64,000 nucleotides of DNA from Patellaria atrata CBS 101060 (Eukaryota), in contig MU006095.1 of assembly GCA_010093705.1 (NCBI GenBank), positions 744,001-808,000 on the forward strand, in the 5' to 3' direction. Position 1 is the stretch's first letter. The number at the start of each line of letters is the position of its first letter. A model generated the notes under the pieces. The model was not told the DNA's origin. It saw only the letters and a list, made by a program, of their open reading frames with translations, and did not search any database. The position numbers were made by a program, and so were the translations under genes. This document shows positions 28,301-42,811 of the stretch, in pieces.

Positions 28301-29078
28301 CTTTATCGCTAACTCGAGTAGCTCCCGGTGAATTTCTTGCGTGCCCAAAGTCCAAAATCCAAAATCTGCCCAAGGGGAACCGATCGGATGCTCTTGATCC
28401 TTCATGTGCTGATTAACCTGTTTTCCCTTGAGCTGGTACCACGCTATGATGGATCGTATCGTCGGCCGTCCAGGATCGTTTTGTGCCACCTCTCGCATCG
28501 TATGTCTGCACGGTCTGATATGCAGGGTTGACCAGAAGAATCTACAGCTGTGACAGGATTTCGCAGGGTGAGTGAATTGTCCCCTGAAGATTCTTGAGTT
28601 TGCGTTTGGAGTCTCTGGAATTCCCTACCTTTGACAGACCTGCAGCAGTTAGTGTAGCATTCTCCAGGATTTGGAAAAGCCACTGTAAGACCTGAAGGAG
28701 AGGCGTGCCAAGAGTAGTTCTAATACAACATGCAGGTATTGAAGGTTTGTCAAGTCTCAATCAGAAAGCCTGACAGTTAGAGAGGGGTGCCTGCTCTCCC
28801 ATTCTGAAAGCGTCTATCTAATTTACTGACCTACTAGAACTACTTCTAGAACTACACACTGGCTGCACTGTGCAGTAGTACTGTACTGTACTGTACAAAG
28901 AGAATGTACAAGTATGCTGGTTCTCCTAATTTCGACTTGTTTTCTCCGATCTCCCAGCACATTCGAATTTTCAACCTTCAACGCATAGCTATCTCCGTCA
29001 TTTTTTATCGAAATATCCGCTACCCATTTCATCCATTCGCACAGCCGTTGTTATCAAGCTCCTTTTTCGGCCTTACAT

Positions 29079-29700
29079 TATGACGACTTTGAGGCGTCGA
29101 TGTATATTTTAAATCCCGCGAACTAGCAGAGACTATACGACCATCTAATGCCAGGGGAAGTTCACAAATAGTCCTTTGCTCTGTAAAACTCAATTCAGAA
29201 ACCTTGTTACAATCCTAGCTATATCGAAATGGGTGAGGTTTGTTCTACCGAGATACAACTCTATGGCGCTCAGCTCTTATCCAAACATCACCTTCAGAAC
29301 TCGGATACGGTATATTCCAGGATATTCGGGGACCACCTACGTTCAGATTGCAAAATTCTTGAATGCAGTCCAGTATTGTATGCTCGGACTATACCTGTCT
29401 TGAGGTCTTCCATTCCATCAACCTTGTTTCTCAACGCCTCATCAACTTTTGCCACAGCTCGGTTATCGAATGAACTTGCATCTTCGCATCTCGAAGATAT
29501 CAACCACGGCTTCTCCGACCGCTATTTTGACTTCTCACTGGAAGCACATCACCAGGACCCATACACAGTCTCGTTCTTTGTCAATTCTGGTCGTATTCTA
29601 GCGCCCCTTTTCGGATCTTTGGTACGCTTCCCCTAAAGCTAGAAAGCTAGAAAACTAGCGCGCCTCTGCATTGAGCAACCAACAACAAAGTTTTCAAGAT
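29079..29700 (+). pseudogene. Possible decayed F-box-like/hypothetical gene
   Basis: Fragments in different frames (FKSRELAETI / LYDHLM; LRSDCKILECSPVLY) resemble the FxxLPxELRxxIY...LLxTCKxxxxEAxPVLY pattern of fungal F-box-like orphans. Stops and frameshifts are present. Confidence 0.25.
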
Positions 29701-30429
29701 GCAAGCAGACGCAGGGTTTAGGAGACAGGTGTGCTGCACGCACACTGCTTCGATCTTTCAATACCCGCAAGTTGTGACATTCATTCTTTCGTGATGCAAT
29801 CAGATTTCGGGGATCCCACAATGTCTGTCACCACTTTGTCCCACTCCTTCTCAACCGCTCACAACCTCTTGATCTCCCAGGATGATAACCTGGATACGAG
29901 CGGGAAGCTATGCTGCACCACATTTTTTGTTAGTTGTTAAGGTATGCATGGCATCTTGGTAGATTGTCCCCTTCAGTCTTTTGCAATCTTGCGGTCAACA
30001 CCAGATCGATCAGTTCAACCGGATCTTCGGACTCACCGTAAACTTCATGTAGCTTAAACCGGCAATTTTCCGATCACCCACAGATGCTAAGAAGTCGAAC
30101 TTGGGTGGTTAAGAAGTCATATTGATTCATCTGGTTTGTTTTACATCATTGGTGGCATAACACGTTATCATGATATTGGGTTGAGGACACTGACGTTGCC
30201 CTCGCTCTCCTCATCTCAAACCTTGCGTCGCTATGATTTGTACATTTAATAATGACTCCACTCGTTCTGCTAATCCGAGAACAAAGCCCGCTTCTAAAGT
30301 AGTTCCCGGTCAAGCTTTAGCAGAAATTTCGCGGTATCTCGGAATGTCTCGGGCCTTTGTGCTACGGTTCCGTCTCACCAATTAAGGCTCCAACTTCACC
30401 AGTTTCTTAGTCGCTCCTCAATTTTCTTC

Positions 30430-32072
<1,643 letters not shown>

Positions 32073-32222
32073 TATGATACTCAATTCTCAAGCAGTTACG
32101 GGCCCAAATTTCAAACTTAACACCCCAATCTTTTCGGGTCACAAAATAGAGATTAGAAACAACAGAGAGATTCGAAAATCAGCAGAAGCTTTCCCTCAAG
32201 TACTAACCACATGAACATTTAC

Positions 32223-32240
32223 CCGGAGGTCATCCCGGAG
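32223..32240. promoter_or_regulatory. CGG-N8-CCG Zn2Cys6 (ClrB/CLR-2-type) site overlapped by two SYGGRG CreA-type motifs
   Basis: CGG aggtcatc CCG at 32224-32237, with CCGGAG at 32223 and 32235, about 150 bp upstream of the GH1 ATG. A further GCGGGG is at 32581. Confidence 0.4.
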
Positions 32241-32874
32241 TAGCCGTACCGGCCAAGATGCTTATGAGACACTTGGGCTATACTTGAGGCCAAAAGGTGA
32301 TCTCGACTCGTACATACAGTGGGTTCGAGGCATGGTGTGACGCGGTTGAACTGCGGCGATGACTGTAGTATCGACGCATATCGCCCTCGATTTCAAGCTC
32401 CGTCCTCCAATTGTAAAAGATGATGTTGGCCTGACTACTGAACCGGCAAGGCGGTCAATGGAATTGCGGGCCGTATAACGTCAAAGGCCCGGGTGCCCTC
32501 AAGATGATTTCTTCCTGTATATCCACAGTATACCCGTTGCTGCGAGGGATTTTAGGAGATGAGGGGTAATAATGGCAATCGCGGGGTACAGTACTTTGAG
32601 GATCAACCTTAGTGGCGATGGGATGGGAGAGGGGTGTGCTTCCTCCTCGTCCGATGTTTTGCCAATTTCAAGGAAAACTATCCGACTGACAACAAGTTTG
32701 TCTCAGGGATACCAAATCTTCAGCGTTAAACATACCGTAAAAGGAAGGTTGAGATAAGCTCAACTACTATATATCATGCCGCCATGACTGCTTCAGCCAG
32801 GCTCGGGTAGAACTATCTACAGATTTCAGGAATCAGTATGGGACATTGCATAATTGACCCACTCATAGATTAAT

Positions 32875-34781
32875 ATGACGCCAATTATAAAGGGCGCGAG
32901 CCGCGTCTTCGCAACCGGGAAATTCGGGAACGCTCTTAAGCCTCAAGCTCGAACTGCTGGAGGGTTAGCTGCAGCGTCCGCGAAACGAGCGGGAGATATA
33001 TCTGATGCGTTTGTGTCGTTGAGCGGACAGGACTTCAAGCCTTTGGAACCTCGATATGCGGATATCAAAGCTGAACTGATTCGAGGGCGAGAAAAGGAGG
33101 TCGAAGCCTCGTTTCACCGTCTACTCAATGATTTGAAGAAAGAAATACCTCTCATCGCGCGAGAGGGATCGAAGATTATTCCTGAGATCCAGCTTGAAGA
33201 TGTTGATAATGCGTCGGATCACTTCCGATCGGAGCTCAAGAAAAGGGGCGTTGCTGTAGTGAGGGGCGTGGTACCAGAAAAGGAAGCACTGCAACTTAAG
33301 GAAGAATTGAAGGAATATATCAGAAATAACCCTCAAACTAAAGGTAAGTGGAATCAAGTCCAAACTTGTGACATTTTCAAGTGGATGCGTGCGATATCAG
33401 AGGCCCTTTAATCCCCCTGTTCCCCTGTTACTCCATCCCTCTGTCCCCTATTCTCCCTCTGTCCCCTACTATTCCTCTTCCCTTATTCTTCCTTTTCCCT
33501 TATTCTTCCCTTTCCCTTATTCTTCCTCTTCCCTTATTCATCGTTCCCCTATCTTCCCTATTTTATAATCATATGCTAACACATGAACAGCATTTCCTGC
33601 CGATAATCCACAGGTTTTCGAACTATATTGGTCTCCATCTCAAATCAAAGCCAGAGGCCATCCAAATCTATTGAGAACGCAGCAGTTTCTAATGGAATTC
33701 TGGTATTCGAAGGACCCCAATGCCCCTATATCACCATCGCACCCAATATCTTACGCAGACCGGCTACGTATGCGGCTTCCTGGAGATGCAAAATTTGCCC
33801 TAGGGTGAGACAACCCTCACCCCCCCCTACAAAATCTCCTTTCCTATCCAAAAACCGCACGCATTCTTAACTTTCGCCATCTTTTTTCTCCTAAAAACCA
33901 TATAACCCCTAACATCCTACAGCCCTCATGTCGACGGCGGCTCCGTCGAACGGTGGGACCCAGCAGGCTACGGCCGCGGCCACGTCTACACCTCCATTTT
34001 CAGCGGATCCTGGGAGTCCTACACGGCCTGGGAGCCCTCTTCCCGGCTATACGCCGTGTCGGACCTGCACCAAGGCGTCGGCGCTTGCTCCATGTTCCGC
34101 ATGTTCCAAGGCTGGCTCTCGCTCTCGCACACCGGTCCCGGCGAGGGGACTCTCCTCGTGAACCCGCTGCTCGAGAAAGCAACCGCTTACTATCTCCTTC
34201 GGCCGTTTTTCTCGCCTGTACGGGGTTGGACTGAGGGAATGGGAAAGCGGGAACGGGATGTTTTCCTGGCGCCTGAGAATTGGAGGATCGATGAGACGCA
34301 GACGAGCTGGTTGCAGGGTGCAACACCTGGCCATGGACAGGAATTACATGAGACTCTGCACCCGCATCTCGATCTTGCGAAGTCTATGGTTCATGTCCCG
34401 AACGTTGGTCCGGGCGATTACGTGGTCTGGCATGCCGACACGATTCACGCGGTTGATAAAATCCATAATGGAATGAGTGACAGCAGTGTTATGTACATCC
34501 CCGTGTGTCCGTTGACGGAGGATAATGCACGGTTTTTGGTAAGGCAGAGAGAAGCGTTTGTGCAGGGGGCGCCGAGTCCGGATTTTGGAGGCGGGGTTGG
34601 TGAAGCGGAACATGTTGGTCGAGTGAGAGTGGAGGATGCAGTTGACAAGATGAGGCTGACTCCTGCGGCGAAGAGGGCGTTTGGATTGGAGAAGTGGGAT
34701 AGTGATGATACGGCAGATTTGCAGTCGAGCCAGAGAGAGGTTCTGGACAGAGCGAATAAGATACTGGGTTTTTATGGTTAA
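32875..34781 (+). CDS. DUF1479 / YbiU / Gig2-like oxygenase-fold protein
   Basis: ELKKRGVAVVRGVVP, ELYWSPSQIKARGHP, YADRLRMR, GPHVDGGSVERW (HxD), SMFRMFQGWLSLS and WHADTIHAVD. Introns 33344-33590 and 33805-33922. Possible mitochondrial presequence. Confidence 0.85.
33411..33565 (+). repeat. Intronic polypyrimidine minisatellite-like tract
   Basis: Degenerate repeats of tcccttattcttcc(t) and ccctctgtccccta within intron 1 of the DUF1479 gene. Confidence 0.7.
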
Positions 34782-34880
34782 TGGTATGTATGTATCTTTT
34801 GCGCTATTTACTACAATTACAATTTCCCTTGATGTCAATCATCCCGACACAGATCTCCTGCGATGTTTCGTCTCCTGACT

Positions 34881-35522
34881 TCAAATGATGGTGGCAGAGC
34901 AGTTTAACTCGTACCCTTCCTTCTCTAAATCCTTTTCCTGGCTCTCATCAAGGTAGAGAGCGGACATGAACAGCTTACCCTCGCGCCTTTCCATGACCAG
35001 GGGACTCGCTCTTCGCGGATTCCTAGTTAGACATAATCTCGAAAGACCACAGAAGAGATAACCAAAGAACAAGGGATTTCCCGAATCGTCATACCCACAA
35101 ACACTATCTCGGCTGTATCTAAAGTAACTCTCTCCTAGCTTTAATAGATTGAAGCCGTTGGAGATGGCAGTAGGCATATGGAAGACATCCTTCATAACCA
35201 CGATGCGCGCACGAGCTCCTTCCACCGGTAACTCGATGATTTTCAGTACGACATCCCTGACACCGATGGTGCAACTGACGCCCTTGATTTGGCGATAGCT
35301 GTGAAAGGAGGATCGTGTTTTGGCGTAAGAATGGCCACGACCAGTGATGATCCAATCATAGCAACGGTTGGAATCATGTTTGGGTTCCGGCTCAGGTTAG
35401 GGCTGAAGCTGCTGTTCCCGTTCTTCTCGTTGACGTTGCTTCCCCTTTCCTTCTGTTTGAAATATTCTGACAGCTCCCTAGTAGCCACCGATATTCCCGC
35501 CATAGATGTTCGAGTCTGCCAT
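34881..35522 (-). pseudogene. Stop-interrupted gene with copia-protease-like beta-barrel domain (copy B)
   Basis: One frame from ATG 35522 reads MADSNIYGGNIGGY*GAV...QQLQP*PEPEPKHDSNRCYDWIITGRGHSYAKTRSSFHSYR...IGVRDVVLKI...VVMKDVFHMPTAISNGF...GYDDSGNPLFFGYLFCGLSRLCL. In-frame TAG at 35480-35478 and TAA at 35399-35397. Confidence 0.6.
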
Positions 35523-35799
35523 TTTCTATTTCGACTGATCTGTACAATTTATCGTCAGCTGAGCTCACCATTGGTATTACAGTTGAACCAAAGGCAAGGT
35601 ATGGTACCTTGGACGAGTTTGTATCACAGTGAAATATCAAGAGGACCGAAAAGGGGAACAAGAGCTGGCGTTCTGTGAATCCAGGAACTCGGAATGTTTA
35701 GAGCGGGTAGGATGAAGAATCCTGGAAATGGGTTGGTGCGGAAGGATTATATTTCCAGGAGAGATGAAGCTAGATGCATGGGCGCGGTTTCCTCCTTTA

Positions 35800-36418
35800 C
35801 TATATCTCAGTGCTTCCTTCTCTGTGTCAGTACCTCCTTCCTTCCGGTCCCCTAGTTGAGTAAGATACTGCTGGCCTCGCTCATCAATCTGGAAGCATAC
35901 ACAGGTAGTCGATTTTTGGCATACGAGGCCCCGCTGACCAGCATCCAATCCCAGCAGCGCCGGCGTTGAGGCTTCTTCTTCTTGGCCTTCGAGTTCGATC
36001 TTGGCTTGGGAGATTCCGTCACACTCGGCTTATAGGTCCCATTGAGCTCTTCTGTCTGCTCAGAGACGTGGGCTTGCTTCGACTTCCTCTTACGCCTGGG
36101 TTTCCGCTTCTTTTGTCCCCCTAGTCTCTACATTAGTTCCTCTTCATGCTTGGTTTTGAGGGTTTGATCGTTACTATTGTGTCCGTCCGTTGTTTCCTCT
36201 TTCACTTCAGGAAACGTTGTGATTTCTTCTGGTACTTCTTCCACCTCAACTTTTATCATCTGTTCCCCCTTCTCAGGTTCTGGTCGAACATTCTTGTATC
36301 CTTTGCGGTAACCTCGATATCTTTTCTTTCACTTCGGCAGTTCCGCTCCCTCTCGCTTTTCCTCTGACTTCTTGTGATACTCTTTAACGTCATTCCAATA
36401 TTCAGCCATCTCGCCCAT
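35800..36418 (-). pseudogene. Stop-interrupted, internally truncated paralogue (copy A)
   Basis: From ATG 36418: MGEMAEYWNDVKEYHKK...LPK*KKR...ELM*RLG...KKPQRRRCWDWMLVSGASYAKNR, after which similarity to copy B breaks off. In-frame TGA at 36331-36329 and TAG at 36130-36128. Confidence 0.6.
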
Positions 36419-39391
36419 TGTGGCGGTTTTATTACTATAAAACTTCGAGCTTTAGTTAGCTGTGGTTTGATGAGAATGTCGAATTGGGGTTGTACCTTGA
36501 GAAAGGTCGATATTCTTTCTACGAACGATAATCAAAGTGAACGGATTGAAAAGAGCGTTACTTGACAAGAATCAAGGATAAAATTGACAATTAGTATCTG
36601 TGAAACGAAACGGACGTATGAATATAATTCATAAAGCAATTGACCGAAAAATTTGTGGTGTACAGAGTTTTTATATGCAGTCTAGAAGTCGATATTTGTC
36701 GTCGGGAGCGATTCCGGAATACTTTATTGGCCCAGGAGGGTAAGGTCTGGTTGTCATAGCGTCTGGTATCAAACGGAAACGGAACATCTCAGTTCTCCTA
36801 AGGAATATAACTATCTCGAGGCACGAATATTCAAGGCCCCATTGAAGTCACAATACCTAAACCATCGAATAATTTCTCAGATCTGAGCATATTTAGATAT
36901 GGTATACTGTACGTAGTACGGTCGGCGGGAACGAGCCATGTGGTATGAGTTTGGGTGAACGGCTGAGTATTCGAATTTCCGAAAAAGCCCATTTTGATCC
37001 GTGTGAGACTAATGGGGGGCTAAGTATCACTGTAGGTAAAATATAATTCCTACTCTCGTACGAGCGGCGTCAAAATCGCTATTGATCCCTTACGTCGCTG
37101 CAAATACCGTGACCATCGAAAAAGTTACGCTTTTGTAGTCCATAACAGCGCGTAACATGATAGTGTCTTCATTGCCGAGTCAATTTTACACAGTCTCAAG
37201 TCGTTGCTAACTTCAAAGCCTGATTACTCACGATATCGTATATTCCATAGATCGTAGTTCCGTTATTTTAACCTTCAATTCGGTTGCAATCGAAGGAAGC
37301 ACACCGAACCGACGGCACGGTACCGAGGGTACAAGCTTCCCCCGGACGCCGAATATCGCTTCCGAGAGGTTGGTACGAGGTATAGATGGCTTTGAGGAAT
37401 GATGAACGAGGCTGAGCCAGGGTGGAGAGTATCTTTCCCGTCACATGAAGAGTTACGGCGCCTTGTTATTTTTCAAATACTCTTTAAAGATCAGGCTAAT
37501 GAAGGGTTTATGAAATACAGTACTCCGTATAAGAGGTTATTCTATGGACCTTCGATCATAAATTAAGGCCCCTATTACGGAATAAAGCTTTATACTATTC
37601 AATTAATGGTATAAGAAAACGTCTCCGAGCCTTCCACCGTTCGAAGAGGGATGCGATTTGGGAGAAAAAAAAAATCCGAACCCACATAGTTCTTAACTTC
37701 TCCCCCGAATTAGATCCACTCAGGCGACATTCCCGACATTGTATCGCTCTTTCCCTCTACGGTTCTTTTCTGTGCAGTCCCGATGGGTGTGTTTCACCAA
37801 ATGATTCATGTCTCCGAGGCACCGGGTGTTGGTCATCGATTCCTTTCCAGGTTCAAATTAACTCAGATAGGTAGAAAGTGAGGTAAGTGCTTGAATATGA
37901 AATACTAGGTGTGGCTGGGGACTATACTTTATATCTTTCCAAGAGTTGATCGAAGATGGGCGATCTAAACTTAAGAATACGTATTGTCGGAGACTGCATA
38001 TGTGATCAATTGCATGACACCATGACGAGTCAGGTAGGTTAGTCATTTGTTCACCTACATGCAGCTTACCTTCCTATTAGTAATTGAGTCAATCAGCTGT
38101 ATTATAAATTCCTACTACGAAGACTTTCTAAATTTATGTTCTACAAAATTTCAATTTGGCTGAATGTCTAGTTATGAACACTTCACCGATCGCTGAGGAG
38201 ACTTAGAATATTGGCTGTTGGTCTGCTGGTGGAGAGATTGGATCCTAACTTCAATTTTGGCCTTGCGGATGACGAACGTTGGAGGCGTGCTATCGCTCGC
38301 ACTTCCTTCACGGCAGAAGGGGAGAACAGCGTAGAGTCTAAGAGCTGATATACACCATCTCTTGCCTTCGATACCACGTACCACTCTAACCCGATGATAC
38401 GTATCATCAAGATTTCTAATAACTACCCAGCCCGTACATCACGCCCAACACCCTACTTCCACCCTCCAGAACCCCCGAAGAAGCCCTCCACACCGCGACC
38501 CATTTGCCATACCAACACGATATCTTTCTACTCATCCGTATTATGACAACCCCCCTTCCTTGCCTCAAGGCAAACGATATACACTCACCTCAGCGAACGA
38601 GCTGACAGGACATCCCACACATGTAAACCCCGTACAGCAAACCTCCACCTCCGTACCAAATCCCTCACGTGCCGGGGAGAACTGTACGCTAGATCTTGCT
38701 CGCTGTATCTGATGTAAACGTACCGCTGCATACGCATGCTTTGGGACAGCTGCTGTACGAATACAGGGTCACTATCAAGCTGTCGTATCTCGCCCTGCAT
38801 CAGTGGTGAGTATGAGTCGCCACGAGGCTGAGATGGGGTATTGCGGTGCACGAATCGTTCAGGCTTTGAGTCGACAGGCCGTGTTGAGCTGTTAGAACAA
38901 AAGAGTTATAATATCAGAATACAACTATACGGTTAAGCTACCCTATCAAATTTTCCAAGTTTATATTTATAATATGTATCTTACCCAGTACCGATACTAC
39001 TAAGATGTGATACTACTATGAACGACTTCGTGCTAGAATCGAGACTTTTCTTTCCTCCATAATGCCATATAGATGCCCTGTAAATTAATCATCTCCATCC
39101 CCGCTGCCGTCGTATGGGACTTATATCCTTCGACGTTCTTCCCATACCTCACATAAATAGAAATGTGTAAATAAATAAGCGTAGATTTCATCTTCTCCAA
39201 GTGGAGTGCCCAGAGCCCATCATTCAAAACCCTAACACCGGGAAACAATAACTTCCTAAGCCTAAGAAACGATACGACGCTCGCTCAAAAGAATAATAGA
39301 CGATTAGGTGAGTAATAATAGACTCCGTTCTTCCCCCTATTTCCAATAACCCTGCGAGGGACAAGGGTTTCAATCTCCAGTTCACCTAGCC

Positions 39392-42300
39392 TCACTTTAC
39401 CTCCAACTCATCTTTCTCGCTGATCGGTGGTACCGTACTCTCGCTCCTTTCGTCCACACTCCCTTTTCCCTCACTTCCCCCCTCTTCCCCCTCCACATCT
39501 TGCAATCCCAACCCGAGACCCTTTTCCTCCCCGTCCGCATCGTCCCTGAGCGCAGGGGGGCGTTGTCGCATAGCCCTCGCCTTCGCCAGACTGATCGTCT
39601 TCTGATTATAAGTACTGACAACCTTGACCCCTATATCCCGATCGATCGTCGCTTTCATCATCGCTGCCATCCACAGCCTCCCCAATTCCAAGCTTTCGAC
39701 TGCAAAGTAGTGAACCGTCGGTTTGGTGAAGTTGACGCCCTTGGAGAGACCGTTGCGCGGGGGCACGAGCTTGAAGATGAACATGCTGGTGGTCGGCTTG
39801 GTGGTCGGCGACGGCGCGACAACGGCGCCGGCGATGGAGCTGAAGACCTGCCCGGTGCCGGGTTGGGGCGAGATGGGCGGGGAAGCGGCGCCGGTTAATG
39901 ACGCATGGAGACCCGTAAGGCGCTCTTCGTTCGCGGGTAATACGCGATGGCCGCTGATGTCGATGAGCCCCTTCTCTTCCGTGTCGTTCTCGGAGTAGTA
40001 GTACGATAAGCGTCGACCGCGAAGGACGAAAAGGCGCGATTTCCACGTTGTCATTAGGTTTGAAGAGCGCTTTTTCATCCAGCCTGAGAAATCGCAACCT
40101 TCCATTTGTTCTTTGGGGGTCTTTTTCTGCAGACCCCGCGTGTAGGCGGAGGTGGCCTTTTTGCTTTTGGCACCACGGCGGGTAGAGGTGGTCGTGGTGG
40201 CGGAGATTGGAGTATGGCCTCCCGAGGAAGCTGTTGTTGACCGTGCAACGGAGCTGGCGGCAGGGTCGAAGTCGAAGGATTTGCTTGTGCCGGAGGGAGT
40301 GGAAGAGCCGGTGCGGATGGGAGACTGGAGGGGAGACTCTTTGATCGGAGATGGGATGCTGGTGGTAGGGGAACTTGCCGCGGCCTTTTCACCGCCGGTT
40401 ATGGCGTCGGAGATTGCGCGGAGACCTAATGCACGGCCTTTGAAGAAACTTGAATGCGCAACGGGAGACGGTTGGCCGGTCGATGATGCTTCACTGCCTA
40501 GGGCCGGAGAGAAGGCAACGGCGTCAATGCTAGGTGAGTGACCGTAGTCGAGCTTGGTCACCGTTGGAGACATGTCACGCCCTGATGACAAAGGCCTTAG
40601 TTGTGTCTCGCTGGCAACACGATTACTCTTCTTCTGACTAGGAGAGTAGTAAATCGACTTTGCCCCTCCCAACAGGCTCGCGTTGTCACGAGCCGTTGAG
40701 TCGGTGCTCCCCATTCGCGAGTGCGAGTAGCCACTCCTTCTCTTGCCTTCGGTATTGAAACTTGAATTGCGTGAGTGGCCCGCCGTGTTCTTCCTCAGCA
40801 CGTTACGACCACTCTTGCGATTGTCGACCTCGTTTCCGGAGAAGTAACCACGATCGAGTTCAGCAGAGGAAACTACAGTCAAGCCTAGTTCGCTCATGGG
40901 TTCGTATTTGGGACCAGCCGTACTGATGGAATGAGAATGTGAATGTGAATGTGAGTGCATCGATGGAGTTGCACGCCCGTTTCCAGCTGCTGATTGGCGT
41001 CCAGACATGGTCCAGCTCCTGTCGATTGATGCCTGTTTTCTGTGACCGATAGGTTGCGGAGGTGCGGAGATTTTGAATGACTCTGTTGATTTGGATGGTC
41101 CGTTTGCAGCAAAATCTATGGATGAGTGTCTGCGGTTGTGGTTCATATTTCGTACAGAGGCAGCTGATGGTCGTGTTGGCCCAGGGCCATCTAATGAGGG
41201 GGAAGGAGTCATATTCACACGTGATGCCATTCCGGAGTCTATACCGGGAGGAGGGAACGGCATGCCTGGATCGACATGCGGACTTGAAGCCGTTTGATGT
41301 TTTACCGCCGGTGCTATTGGCGGTGCCATCCGAGGTATCGTTCCGGGCAACGTGATTGCCGGTGGGGAAGTCACGGGTTTATGCGGTATACCACGGGAAT
41401 CAACAGATGCAGGAGCGACTGGAGGTGATAATGCATGTGAGGAAGTAACGTTAAACACTGTTGCTGGTGCTGCATTCTCAAACGGCAGTTTCCCAATTTG
41501 ACCTTGTGATGATTGTCGAACCGTATTTTGTCTGGACGGCGGGGATTTTGGACTTTCCCTAAGACTTGGAATCCGGGGTAAGACTGTGGTCATGGAAGTA
41601 CTTCTATTTCTGTTTGAATCCGCACCTGCCGTACTATCCTCGTTTGTATGTATCACCGATCCAACCCTTGATGTCGGTTTCGACGTTTTGCTCGCCTTTA
41701 CTTCTTGCTGCAGCGCTTTAATCTTATGCCATGTACGCAGTCTACGACCCACAGGACCGAGGTCAAATTCCTTTAAGAATATTGATGATTGATCCATGCC
41801 TAGTAATACCTCACCGGATATTTCTTGCTCGATGAATACTTCGCAATGCCGTTTCTCCACTCCATTATCCTCCAAATATCCTGCAACCATATCGGGACTC
41901 CATTGTGACACCTCTTCTTCAGTATGTACTGTTTGCTCCTCCTCGTCTGTTTCATGTCCATTGATGTACGAGAGCCGATGGTCCAGATGGCTGCTATACT
42001 CGCTTCCGGAATCATTGCCTCGTCTCTCCAATGTGATCAGACTATGACGTGGAGTGTTCATGTCTGTTATATGTTCATCTATCACACTTAACGTCTCGTT
42101 CATCACCGGACTGGTCTGAGCAGCAGTCATCGCCATACTGAGACTTCGAGAAGCCGCACCGGCCGCCGCAGAAGGTTGCGCCTCAGGTTGAGGGAATGAA
42201 GCCTGTAGTGGTAGTGTGGTAGCGATAGGAGGAGAAGGTGAGATTTCTTCTACAATTGGCGGAGAGGAATATACATTGTTACCTTCCGGTACAATTGATG

Positions 42301-42811
42301 ATTGCGAGCCCTGTACATATGGCGGTGGAATCTCGTCTTCGGCCTTCTGCGTAAAACTATGTGCCGCGGATTTTATGGATGTTTGTGTATTATTACGTTG
42401 ATGCGAAGCAGAGTTCAGAGTAGGTTTAGGGGCGGGTGTGGTATATACTATAATGGTAGATTGTAATTTTAGCAATCCTCTTCGCGGAGCATTAGGATGA
42501 CATTGCGGGGCCAATCTCACCTTCTGGGAATAATCCCGTGTTACCATTTTGTAGATGTTTTCCGAGAAACCAGGCATCGCCAAATTCATCATCACGTTCT
42601 ATGAGTTCAATTCGGTCTCCTCGAGCAAGGCTAAGTTCGTCGACAGTACGGGCCACGAAGTCATCTGGACCATAATTCTGTCAGTACCAATTCGACGATG
42701 GTGTAAACAACACTCTGATTACACCGTCCGTCTGAGGTATGGGGAATTCTCACGAATGACCATGAGGATATCTCCTGGCTGCGCCTGGTCCATCTGCTGT
42801 TTTGTAGCCAT
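39392..42811 (-). CDS. BOI1: Boi1/Boi2/Pob1-like polarity scaffold (SH3-SAM-PH)
   Basis: Introns 42753-42665 and 42520-42448 rebuild an N-terminal SH3 domain (VIHDFVARTVDELSLARGDRIELIERDDEFGDAWFLGKHLQNGNTGLFPEVYT) that the ORF track misses. SAM domain (WSPDMVAGYL...EQEISGEVLL) and PH domain (FSGWMKKRS...WKSRLFVLRG). Confidence 0.9.

Noticed and set aside
37780..37865. tRNA-like GGTTCAAAT motif
   Set aside because: No T-stem pairing or cloverleaf could be built.
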